Position numbers and translations under genes: made by a program. Source: Candidatus Magasanikiibacteriota bacterium (GTDB taxonomy: Bacteria > Patescibacteriota > Patescibacteriia > Magasanikbacterales > GWA2-37-8). From it: a DNA stretch of 64,000 nt. Shown here piece by piece: positions 11,914 to 19,791 of the stretch. The notes under the pieces were generated by a model. It was not told the origin of the DNA. It ran no database searches and was given only the letters and a program-made list of their open reading frames with translations. The stretch's first letter is position 1; each line of letters opens with the position of its first letter. Location: assembly GCA_026396515.1 (NCBI GenBank), contig JAPLWQ010000002.1:61575-125574 (forward strand). Reading direction: 5' to 3'.

Positions 11914-12459
11914 ATGGCTAAACAAACACTAAACTTAGGACGCCGCTGGTATGTTCTTCATACCTATAGCGGCTACGAAGAAAACGTAAAAAGTAACCTG
12001 GAACAGCGCATTGATTCGTTTGATATGAAGGACCGAATCTTTAACATTCTTGTTCCAAAAGAAAAGAAAATTAAAATTAAAAACGGCAAACGCACGACAG
12101 TTGAAGAAAAAATATTTCCCGGTTATGTTCTGGTTGAGATGGTCGTAAACGATGATTCCTGGTATGTTGTGCGCAATACACCGAATGTCACCGGCTTCGT
12201 CGGTTCCGGTACCACTCCGACTCCGATTGATAATAAGGAAGTTGAAGCGCTAATGAAGCGCGTCACCGCAGCCGAGCCGCAACATAAAATTGATGTTGAA
12301 GAAAATGATGTTGTCCGAATTATTGACGGGCCGTTTAAAAACTTTGAAGGCAAAATTAGCGCGGTTGACCATGAACGCGGAAAAATTAAAGTGATGGTAA
12401 CGATGTTCGGCCGCGAAACACCGGTTGAACTTGACGCTTTACAAGTTAAAAAGATTTAA
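11914..12459 (+). CDS. nusG: Transcription termination/antitermination factor NusG
   Basis: NGN domain (RWYVLHTYSGYE) and C-terminal KOW (GPFKNFEGKISAVD); strong AGGAGG SD. Confidence 0.9.
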   Translation: MAKQTLNLGRRWYVLHTYSGYEENVKSNLEQRIDSFDMKDRIFNILVPKEKKIKIKNGKRTTVEEKIFPGYVLVEMVVNDDSWYVVRNTPNVTGFVGSGTTPTPIDNKEVEALMKRVTAAEPQHKIDVEENDVVRIIDGPFKNFEGKISAVDHERGKIKVMVTMFGRETPVELDALQVKKI

Positions 12460-12694
12460 TTTCTAGAACCTGCCGCCCGTTATAGGGGCTTCTCGGCAGA
12501 TTCAGAAATAAAATAAGTAAATTATATCGATTTGCTTCGCAAACGATATAAACTAATTCGTTCGGAATTGTCTTTGAAAACAAAGTCTTTGCGCTCACTC
12601 AATCAACCACATCAATTGTGAATAATTGATGTGGCCTCATTCACTCGCGCATGCCTTTGCTATCGCAAAGCCACTTCCCTCACTCATTACGATT

Positions 12695-13117
12695 ATGGCA
12701 AAAAAAATACTTACACAAATAAAATTACAGATTATTGGCGGCGCCGCCAATCCGGCCCCGCCGGTCGGTCCGGCTCTCGGCCAGCACGGCGTGAACATAT
12801 CCGGATTCTGCAAAGAATTCAATGATAAAACGCAGGATAAAAAGGGTGATGTCGTACCGGTAATTATCACCGTTTATGACGACCGCAGTTTTACCTTTAT
12901 TATGAAGGAAGCGCCGGTGGCCGATATGATTAAAAAAACAATTAATCTGGCCAAAGGATCAGCTAAACCGTTGCAGGAAAAAGTCGGTAAGATTACCAAG
13001 GCGCAAATTCGCGCCATCGCCGAAAAGAAAATGCCTGACCTGAATGCGAAAAATATTGAAGGCGCCATGAAAATGGTAGAGGGAACGGCAAAAAATATGG
13101 GTCTGACAATTGAGTAA
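12695..13117 (+). CDS. rplK: 50S ribosomal protein L11
   Basis: [35 protein letters not shown]. The track ORF starts at 12626, but the conserved N-terminus places the true ATG at 12695. Confidence 0.9.
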   Translation: MAKKILTQIKLQIIGGAANPAPPVGPALGQHGVNISGFCKEFNDKTQDKKGDVVPVIITVYDDRSFTFIMKEAPVADMIKKTINLAKGSAKPLQEKVGKITKAQIRAIAEKKMPDLNAKNIEGAMKMVEGTAKNMGLTIE

Positions 13118-13130
13118 AAACGATAATAAA

Positions 13131-13160
13131 ACACCCCGGCATTAAGTCGGGGTGTTTTTT
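13131..13160 (+). terminator. Rho-independent terminator after rplK
   Basis: ACACCCCG-GCATTAAGT-CGGGGTGT followed by TTTTTT. Confidence 0.6.
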
Positions 13161-13249
13161 ATTTTTATACGGGGCTTAACACCCATAATATTGACAAAAA
13201 TTCATATTTATGCTAGCATAATTTCAAAATCAGCAACAAGGAGGCTGGC

Positions 13250-13411
13250 ATGGAACCGCCCGTACCGCAAACCGATACCCGTTTAATCAAAGCTCTCGTC
13301 ATCATCGTCGGCGTCATCGTTATCCTTGTTCTCGGCTTTTCCGTTCATTCCTGCGTCTACAACCCAACCGGACCGCACGAATTCAACATCGGATACGCCC
13401 CGGTCCCCTAA
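13250..13411 (+). CDS. Small hydrophobic peptide (53 aa, single TM)
   Basis: ATG 8 nt after AAGGAGG; MEPPVPQTDTRLIKALVIIVGVIVILVLGFSV...; TTGACA-N17-TAGCAT upstream at 13191..13219; below the ORF-track length cutoff. Confidence 0.35.
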   Translation: MEPPVPQTDTRLIKALVIIVGVIVILVLGFSVHSCVYNPTGPHEFNIGYAPVP

Positions 13412-13438
13412 AACCTTCACGCCCCACGCTCCCACCCG

Positions 13439-13461
13439 CCTCCTGAAATAGGAGGTTTTTT
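13439..13461 (+). terminator. Terminator after small ORF 1
   Basis: CCTCCT-GAAAT-AGGAGG followed by TTTTTT. Confidence 0.5.
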
Positions 13462-13463
13462 CT

Positions 13464-13492
13464 TTGACAAACAAAATATTTAGTGGTAATTT
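13464..13492 (+). promoter_or_regulatory. Sigma70-like promoter (TTGACA-N17-TAATTT) for small ORF 2
   Basis: Consensus -35 with a 17-nt spacer. Confidence 0.45.
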
Positions 13493-13515
13493 ACCCCAAG
13501 TAAAGGAGGAAAATC

Positions 13516-13698
13516 ATGTCAAAATCGGAAGACTCCTATGAACGAGGCGCCGACGGATCCATAAGGAGAAAAAAAGCTGGTCTGAATGTGGTGGTCAAAA
13601 CCAGATCCAATCAGTCGGATAAGCAATGGTGGGGCATTTTCGTCACACTTGTCCTTGGGACGGCCGCCGCCATCATCTATATCGTTTTCTTCCGCTAA
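13516..13698 (+). CDS. Small membrane protein (60 aa, C-terminal TM)
   Basis: AAAGGAGG SD; ...WWGIFVTLVLGTAAAIIYIVFFR. Confidence 0.4.
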   Translation: MSKSEDSYERGADGSIRRKKAGLNVVVKTRSNQSDKQWWGIFVTLVLGTAAAIIYIVFFR

Positions 13699-13749
13699 TT
13701 AATGGAAGTCCGTGGCGGAAAAAAACACCGGCAAAGCACATCGGAAAGG

Positions 13750-13971
13750 ATGAAACAAATGACGACGCCGTTTGCAAAAGCCTTGGAGGGCTGGGATGGT
13801 ACAACGGAAAGTTTTCTGAAGATAGACTTCGGGCCCGTCGCGGCTGAAGAACAACGGCTTCGCGAAAAGGCCGAAGACGCAGTGGCCGAAAAAGTCGACG
13901 AAGCTATCGCAATACGGCCCCATGGCCATCCCCGCCGCTGCGGCCTACCCGGATGCCACGGCGATGACTGA
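13750..13971 (+). CDS. Hypothetical small hydrophilic protein (73 aa) in a GC-elevated segment
   Basis: ATG after AAAGGA; about 60% GC against a genome background near 42%; overlapped by an antisense ORF; weak. Confidence 0.25.
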   Translation: MKQMTTPFAKALEGWDGTTESFLKIDFGPVAAEEQRLREKAEDAVAEKVDEAIAIRPHGHPRRCGLPGCHGDD

Positions 13972-14040
13972 TAATCGCTACCCGCTCTTTTCCACCCCGT
14001 CCTTTTCCCGCCGCTCTCCTTCCCCGGAGGGCTTCTTTTT

Positions 14041-15141
14041 TTATGCGATTAACATCGCGTCGCCAAAAGAATAGAAGCGATAATTTTGTTTAATGGCTTC
14101 GGCATAACAATTCAAAACAAATTCGCGGTCGCCAATAAATGCCGAGACGAGCATAAGCAGTGTTGATTTTGGTAAATGAAAATTGGTAATCAGTGCGTCG
14201 ATAATTTTGTACTTATAACCCGGAAGGATAAAAATATTTACTTCTCCGTTAAAGGCGCGTAAACGGTCTTCACTTGTTTTTTCGGCAACCGCCTCTAAAG
14301 CGCGCACAGTTGTGGTGCCAACGGCAATCACCCTTCGCCCTTCCGCTTTGGCACGGTTAATCAAGTCGGCATTTTTGTCGGTCAGTTCCACCCATTCGGC
14401 GTGCATTTTGTGTTCTTCTATTTTTTTTGTTTTAACCGGCAAAAAAGTACCTAGCCCCACATGCAAAGTAATTTCGGCAAATTCCACTTTCATCTCTTTT
14501 AATTTTTCAATTAGTTCCGGCGTAAAATGGAAGCCAGCGGTCGGTGCGGCAACCGATCCTTCAACTTTCGCGTAAACAGTTTGGTACTGTTCCGATAAAT
14601 CCTTACCGGATGGCTGATCAATTTTTACATACGGCGGAGTCGGTACCTCACCGTAAAGATTGGCTTTGTTGCGCACGCTTAAATCATCTTCATTAAACTG
14701 AACTAAAACCGTACCGTCCGCATCTTTTATTAAAACTTCACAGGCAAAATCCTCGGCAAAGCGCACACGCATACCCAATCGCAATTTTCTGCCGGGTTTG
14801 GCAAGCGCTTTCCACACTCCCGGGTTTTCCATCGGGCGTAAGAGAAAAATTTCAACACGGGGAAAATTTAAAATAATATCGCCGGCATCATCAGACTTAA
14901 TTCCTGACACTTCTTCGTCAAGTTCAACCACACCCTTAAAACGCGCTTTGAATACTTTTGAATTGTTCCAGACCAGCAAATCTCCCGGTTTCAAAAAGCT
15001 TGGCAAGTCAAAAAAATTGCAGTGTTCCACCGCGTGATTTTTGCGATCTATCACCATTAAACGCGAATGATCGCGCGGTTCGGCCGGCTTTTGCGCGATT
15101 AATTCTTTGGGAAGATTGTAATCAAAATCGGAAGTTAACAT
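14041..15141 (-). CDS. queA: S-adenosylmethionine:tRNA ribosyltransferase-isomerase
   Basis: Starts MLTSDFDYNLPKELIAQ; contains PTPPYV and VGTTTVRALE. The track ORF runs on to 15297 (TTG start) through the intergenic repeat; the conserved N-terminus sets the start at 15141. Confidence 0.85.
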   Translation of the reverse strand: MLTSDFDYNLPKELIAQKPAEPRDHSRLMVIDRKNHAVEHCNFFDLPSFLKPGDLLVWNNSKVFKARFKGVVELDEEVSGIKSDDAGDIILNFPRVEIFLLRPMENPGVWKALAKPGRKLRLGMRVRFAEDFACEVLIKDADGTVLVQFNEDDLSVRNKANLYGEVPTPPYVKIDQPSGKDLSEQYQTVYAKVEGSVAAPTAGFHFTPELIEKLKEMKVEFAEITLHVGLGTFLPVKTKKIEEHKMHAEWVELTDKNADLINRAKAEGRRVIAVGTTTVRALEAVAEKTSEDRLRAFNGEVNIFILPGYKYKIIDALITNFHLPKSTLLMLVSAFIGDREFVLNCYAEAIKQNYRFYSFGDAMLIA

Positions 15142-15172
15142 ACATCTTAGATAGGGTTTCAGAAAATTACTT

Positions 15173-15303
15173 TTCGCAAACAGTGTCGGCCGGCTCCTGC
15201 GGCCGGCCGCACTTCGCGCTCGCCGCACAATCCGCCACGCCTGCCAGCCCCGGGCTGGGACGGAACCAAGCTTGTGCGGTTCCGCGATGTTGCTCAAAGC
15301 AAA
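15173..15303. repeat. Intergenic structured repeat, copy 2 (paired with 11468..11579)
   Basis: Same element as copy 1 plus a 20-nt hairpin insertion (CCAGCCCCGGGCTGG); the stem CGGAACC/GGTTCCG carries a compensatory change relative to copy 1. Confidence 0.55.
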
Positions 15304-15333
15304 TTTCTGAAACTAGTAGTCCGTCTATTATAA

Positions 15334-16215
15334 CTATTTCAAATAACGATACACATTGGCGTTGTGCTCATCTAATGTTTTCGCGTAATGAGTCACTCCC
15401 TCGCGGTCGCTCATAAAATACCAATAGTTATTCTTACTGGGGTTTATAACGGCCGAAATGGCGGAAAGACCGGGGTTGCTGATCGCGCCAAGCGGCAAAC
15501 CCGGATATTTATAAGTATTGAAAAGCGAATCAACGGATTTGTCTTCATTAGTGACTCCGGGGTCGTTTTTACCGGTAATATAGTTTACGGTGGCGCACGA
15601 CTGAAGCGCCCAATTTTGGCTGTAACGGCGCCAAAAAATATCAGCCACCATGGCCATATCATTTTTCGTCGGCGCTTCTTTTTCCACCACCGAAGCCATT
15701 ACCAATATCTCATAGATACTTTTTTTCTGCCGCTTAATTTCAGCGCGCATTTCCTGAGTTATTTTTTCATTAAAATTGGCAAATATTTTTTCCAAAATGT
15801 CTTCCAGTTTAGCGTCGGCATAAACGCGGTATGTATCGGGGAACAAATATCCCTCATAAGAAACATTAGCCGGTTTGTCGGCAAATAATTCCGACCACTC
15901 GGCGTTATCCTGGATCGCCAGGATCGGTGCTTTTTCTCCTGCCGCTTTATAATTTTTTGCCGGTTCCCCGAGCAAGGCATACAATTCTTTCTCATCCTTA
16001 ATTATCCCCTTCTTGGCCCAATCACCGGCAATCTGGCGCAGATTCCACCCGGGAATAATAGTAACATTTATCTCTTTTCTCGGTTCAATCACCGGGGGAA
16101 TATATGGCGGATGTGTTTTTTTGTAATACAAAACACCACCCACAGCCGAACCGGCAATAAGAAAAATAAATATCAAATTAAATTTAGCATGTACAGACAT
16201 ATTTTTTACTGCCAA
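15334..16215 (-). CDS. mltG: Endolytic murein transglycosylase MltG/YceG
   Basis: N-terminal TM; EGYLFPDTY, ASVVEKEA, LQSCATVNY, YNTYKYPGLPLGAISNPG. Confidence 0.85.
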   Translation of the reverse strand: MAVKNMSVHAKFNLIFIFLIAGSAVGGVLYYKKTHPPYIPPVIEPRKEINVTIIPGWNLRQIAGDWAKKGIIKDEKELYALLGEPAKNYKAAGEKAPILAIQDNAEWSELFADKPANVSYEGYLFPDTYRVYADAKLEDILEKIFANFNEKITQEMRAEIKRQKKSIYEILVMASVVEKEAPTKNDMAMVADIFWRRYSQNWALQSCATVNYITGKNDPGVTNEDKSVDSLFNTYKYPGLPLGAISNPGLSAISAVINPSKNNYWYFMSDREGVTHYAKTLDEHNANVYRYLK

Positions 16216-16901
16216 TTATCACGCGCCCATTTTAATCTTTCCGGAAGTCCAATATCCACCCACGGTTCATCGGATAGATACACATCCAGGTAGGCGCCCA
16301 GATCATTCAATTTTGCGAAAACATCATATTCAATGCTGAACTCTTCTGTTTGTGGAAAATACTCCTTTGCTTTCTTATTAAACAGATACATTCCACCGTT
16401 AATATAGCCCGGTTGTGCCAAGCCCTCTTTCTCTCTGAATTCGCTCAAACGATTATGTTCATCAAAAATCAAAGTGCCGTAGGTTGACGTGTCGGCAACG
16501 CGCGCTCCGAGAAGCAATCCTCCGCTCTCCGGCCGCAGCCGCTCAACCATATTGCGCAAATCGGCCGCCGCCAATATATCTCCGTTTAAAATTATCACCG
16601 GGGTATTCTCATCGGCAGTTTTTTCCCAAGCGAACTTTATCGCTCCGCCCGTGCCCAGTCTTTTTGGTTCAATCGAATAGACAATTTTTACGCCGTTTCT
16701 TTCCGGTCCGACTTGTTCCCTAATAATTTCAGCCAAATGACCGGCGGCAAGCACTACTTCACTAACGCCTAATTTTTTTAGTTTTTCCAGTTGCCAATCC
16801 AAAACAGTTTTACCGTTTATCTCCAAAAGAATTTTCGGAATTGTTTTAGTAATATCACCCAAACGCGTTGATAGTCCTCCACAAAGAATAATGGCGTTCA
16901 T
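16206..16901 (-). CDS. Sugar-phosphate nucleotidyltransferase (NTP_transferase fold)
   Basis: MNAIILCGGLSTRLG ... GTGGAIKFA; 10-nt overlap with mltG. Confidence 0.75.
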   Translation of the reverse strand: MNAIILCGGLSTRLGDITKTIPKILLEINGKTVLDWQLEKLKKLGVSEVVLAAGHLAEIIREQVGPERNGVKIVYSIEPKRLGTGGAIKFAWEKTADENTPVIILNGDILAAADLRNMVERLRPESGGLLLGARVADTSTYGTLIFDEHNRLSEFREKEGLAQPGYINGGMYLFNKKAKEYFPQTEEFSIEYDVFAKLNDLGAYLDVYLSDEPWVDIGLPERLKWARDNWQ

Positions 16902-16902
16902 A

Positions 16903-17430
16903 TTACAAAAAAAGCATAAGATATTTCACCCAGACAGCCACGGCGGCGGCGAGAAAAAAACCGCCGATAATGTCTATCGGATAATGCACGCCGGAGTATA
17001 GCCGGCCGAACACAACCCAAACGGCTAATACAAATAATGCCCAGGCGCCCGGCAAACCAAAAATCAGGGCGATAAAAAACAAAAGAAACGCAGACATGGA
17101 ATGGTCGGACGGAAACGATTTCCAACTCATCGATGGTTTAAACAGCTGTTTGCTTTCCGGCTCTGATACGTGAGGCCTTGGTTCATCAACAAAAAAACCA
17201 ATGCCCACACTTACGCACCAGGCAAAAGCCCAGGCGGCGGCAAAAGTGACAAGAGGGGCAAAAGCGGCTCGCCAATCAGGCCAACAAATTATTGCCGCTG
17301 CTGCGGCAAACCAGCCGCACATGGCCACAATCACCCACTCGGCTCCAGCACGCCCAATGGCGTCAAGCCAGCGGTTTTTACCCTGCCAAAAATTGATTTT
17401 ATCAAATATGATTCTACTATAATCTCGCAT
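16903..17430 (-). CDS. PAP2-family membrane phosphatase (undecaprenyl-pyrophosphate phosphatase-like)
   Basis: KxxxxxxRP ... PSDHS ... SGVHYPIDI motifs and TM helices. Confidence 0.7.
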   Translation of the reverse strand: MRDYSRIIFDKINFWQGKNRWLDAIGRAGAEWVIVAMCGWFAAAAAIICWPDWRAAFAPLVTFAAAWAFAWCVSVGIGFFVDEPRPHVSEPESKQLFKPSMSWKSFPSDHSMSAFLLFFIALIFGLPGAWALFVLAVWVVFGRLYSGVHYPIDIIGGFFLAAAVAVWVKYLMLFL

Positions 17431-17485
17431 ATTGTTTGCCTTATTTTATCAGTATTCGCGGAATTTGACAATCTGTCGTCCGACC

Positions 17486-17514
17486 TTGCAAAAATGCTTA
17501 AAAAATGCTATTAT
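17486..17514 (+). promoter_or_regulatory. Sigma70-like promoter (TTGCAA-N17-TATTAT) upstream of the structured element and tRNA-Ile
   Basis: Near-consensus boxes with a 17-nt spacer. Confidence 0.5.
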
Positions 17515-17526
17515 ACGGCCATTATC

Positions 17527-17650
17527 GGGCATGTAGCCCCAGTAGTAGAACCTGCGGTTCACTACGGGGTTAACTCAGTTGGTTACCCCAGTAGCAGAAT
17601 TCGCCTTTAACTCATTCGCTACGGGGCAAGGAGCGCTACCCTTAAAATTG
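17527..17650 (+). ncRNA. Candidate structured RNA / tRNA-Ile leader element (twin 8-bp hairpins, tRNA-like D-loop segment)
   Basis: Starts with 11 nt identical to the tRNA-Ile 5' end (GGGCATGTAGC); two copies of CCCCAGTAG...CTACGGGG stems; AACTCAGTTGGTTA between them; then a perfect 12-bp A/T hairpin (~17659-17686) and a CCGCC-GAA-GGCGG hairpin before the tRNA. Overlaps track ORF 17170..17610, which is probably non-coding. Confidence 0.25.
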
Positions 17651-17752
17651 CCAGCGAGAGAAAAATGAAAATACATTTTCATTTTTCGCGAGTGCCGTAA
17701 TTTATCCGCCGAAGGCGGTTAAGGTGGATGTAAAATATTTAAAATCTTTTCC

Positions 17753-17826
17753 GGGCATGTAGCTCAGCTGGTTAGAGCGCCACCCTTATAAGGTGGATGT
17801 CGATGGTTCAAGTCCATCCATGCCCA
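17753..17826 (+). tRNA. tRNA-Ile (anticodon UAU)
   Basis: Cloverleaf: GGGCATG/CATGCCC acceptor, GCTC-AGCTGGTTA-GAGC D-arm, CCACC-CTTATAA-GGTGG anticodon arm (TAT at 17787-17789), GATGG-TTCAAGT-CCATC T-arm, discriminator A; CCA not encoded. Confidence 0.85.
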
Positions 17827-17831
17827 CAAAT

Positions 17832-18797
17832 ATGCCAACTACAAAAAAAATTATTGTTGACCAGGAATCAGCCGGCACACGACTGGACGTTTTTTTATCT
17901 GATAAACTCGAAATCTCGCGCTCGCAAATACAAAAAATGATCGATAACAAACAAATAGGGGTTGACGGAAATACGCCAAAAAAGTACGGTGAAAAATTAA
18001 GAGACGAGGATATTATCTCTATTGCATCTGCCAACAAAAAGACGTCCGCGCAAAAAATGAAAAAACAAGCTGATGAAAAAGGCTTCCCTAAACCGGAAAT
18101 TATTGCCGAGACGCCGGACTACATTATCGTAAATAAACCGGCGGGCTTGCTCACCCATCCAACCGAAGCGAATGAAAAAAGTTCACTTGCCGGTTGGATT
18201 GTGAAAAAATTCCCTGCGATAAAAAAAGTCGGAGACGACCCAATGCGTCCGGGGATAGTTCACCGTTTAGACAAAGAGGCCTCGGGGCTTTTAGTAATCG
18301 CCCGCACACAAAAAATGTTCAACCACCTGAAAGAACAATTCAAAAATAGAACCATTGATAAAGAATATATTGTTTTGGTTCATGGAAGAGTAGACAAGGA
18401 TTGGGATGAGATAAACTTTCCTATCGGCCGTTCGGAAACAGCGGACAAAATGGCGGCAATGCCGCAGACAGTTCGAGGCCAGCCGACAGAATCCGGAAAA
18501 GAGGCAAAAACGGAATTTTTTGTGGAAAAACGCTTTGTTAATTTTACTCTTCTTCACGTAAAAATTCATACCGGACGAATGCACCAAATTCGCACGCATA
18601 TGCTCGCCTACAATCGCCCCGTAGTCGGCGATCCGCTTTACTTCCAAAAAAAGCAAAAGCGCGTTTGGGACGAAAAATGCGGAAGACTGTTTCTGCACAG
18701 CGCCAAGTTGGGTTTCAAAAATCTTGTCGGCGATGAGGTTGAATACAAATCGCCGATGCCTGACAAATTATCAAATTTTTTACTTTTATTAAGGTAA
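17832..18797 (+). CDS. RluA-family 23S rRNA pseudouridine synthase (RluD-like, N-terminal S4 domain)
   Basis: HRLDKEASGLLVIART catalytic motif. The track ORF starts at 17793 (GTG) inside the tRNA; the ATG at 17832 (MPTTKKIIVDQ) is the plausible start. Confidence 0.85.
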   Translation: MPTTKKIIVDQESAGTRLDVFLSDKLEISRSQIQKMIDNKQIGVDGNTPKKYGEKLRDEDIISIASANKKTSAQKMKKQADEKGFPKPEIIAETPDYIIVNKPAGLLTHPTEANEKSSLAGWIVKKFPAIKKVGDDPMRPGIVHRLDKEASGLLVIARTQKMFNHLKEQFKNRTIDKEYIVLVHGRVDKDWDEINFPIGRSETADKMAAMPQTVRGQPTESGKEAKTEFFVEKRFVNFTLLHVKIHTGRMHQIRTHMLAYNRPVVGDPLYFQKKQKRVWDEKCGRLFLHSAKLGFKNLVGDEVEYKSPMPDKLSNFLLLLR

Positions 18798-18798
18798 T

Positions 18799-19386
18799 AT
18801 GAAAGGACAGCTAATAATTATTTCTTCGCCTTCTGGCGGTGGCAAGGATTCTGTAATCCGCGGTTTACTGGACATATTGCCTGACTCGGCACGATATTTA
18901 ACCACCACCACCCGGCCAATGCGCCCGGGAGAAAAGAATGGCGTTGATTATCATTTTGTCACCCGGGATGAATTTGAAATAATGATAAAAAATGATGAGC
19001 TAATTGAATACAACATATATGCCGACAATTATTACGGCACTGAAAAAAATCGCTTAAACGAACTTCTTAATAATCACCTAATCGTTTTTTCAAATATAGA
19101 AATAAACGGCAAGAAAAATTTTGACAAAACCGGCTGGAAAAATGTTTCCATTTTTCTGCTTCCGGAAAGTTTAGATATTTTGAAACAGCGCATAATAGCG
19201 CGCGGCGGCCTCACTGACGAGGCAATTGCCAAACGGCTGGATACGGCGAAAAAAGAAATCGCGGAATCGGATATTTATGACTATAAACTGGTAAATTATC
19301 AGGGAAAATTGGACGAAACCGTGGCTAAAACCGCGGAAATTATTAAGACGCGCCTCGGCCTTGACATTAATGAAAAATTAAGCTAA
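18799..19386 (+). CDS. gmk: Guanylate kinase
   Basis: IIISSPSGGGKDS P-loop; TTTRPMRPGEKNGVDYHFV. Confidence 0.85.
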   Translation: MKGQLIIISSPSGGGKDSVIRGLLDILPDSARYLTTTTRPMRPGEKNGVDYHFVTRDEFEIMIKNDELIEYNIYADNYYGTEKNRLNELLNNHLIVFSNIEINGKKNFDKTGWKNVSIFLLPESLDILKQRIIARGGLTDEAIAKRLDTAKKEIAESDIYDYKLVNYQGKLDETVAKTAEIIKTRLGLDINEKLS

Positions 19387-19419
19387 TATAAGCACACTCA
19401 AAATTTAACATTCTATTAT

Positions 19420-19752
19420 ATGGCTGAAACACAAACTATTGTTTACAAACCAGGCATGGTGGTTCGGGTTCACCAAAAAATTAAAGAATTTAACACCAAG
19501 GGCGAAGAAAAAGAACGCATACAGATATACGAGGGCACAATAATAGCCGCTAAACACGGCGATGAAGCCGGGGCCACCATCACGGTGCGAAAAGTTTCCG
19601 ATGGAGTGGGCGTAGAAAAAATCTATCCGATTCACTCACCGGTAATCGCTCAAATCGAAATTGTGCGCGAATTGGAAACACACCGAGCAAAACTCCACTT
19701 CATGCGCGATCCGGATTTTAAAAGAAAGATGAAAGACAAGAAAAAGAAATAA
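19420..19752 (+). CDS. rplS: 50S ribosomal protein L19
   Basis: ERIQIYEGTIIAAKHGD...ITVRKVSDGVGVEKIYPIHSPVI. Confidence 0.9.
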   Translation: MAETQTIVYKPGMVVRVHQKIKEFNTKGEEKERIQIYEGTIIAAKHGDEAGATITVRKVSDGVGVEKIYPIHSPVIAQIEIVRELETHRAKLHFMRDPDFKRKMKDKKKK

Positions 19753-19754
19753 AT

Positions 19755-19789
19755 AAAAAAGCCCTTCGACGGATATCGAAGGGTTTTTT
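19755..19789. terminator. Bidirectional rho-independent terminator between rplS and uvrA
   Basis: CCCTTCGA-CGGATA-TCGAAGGG flanked by an A run and a T run. Confidence 0.6.
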
Positions 19790-19791
19790 AT

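Noticed and set aside
12460-12694. L11/L1 autoregulatory leader or riboswitch in the 235-nt nusG-rplK spacer
   Set aside because: Contains hairpins (e.g. CCACATCAATT-GTGAATA-ATTGATGTGG) but no recognisable L1-binding mimic. Without rplA downstream, such regulation is not expected.
17793-17831. Track start (GTG) of the RluA-family ORF inside tRNA-Ile
   Set aside because: A start inside the tRNA is implausible; the ATG at 17832 (MPTTKKIIVDQ) just after the tRNA is used instead.
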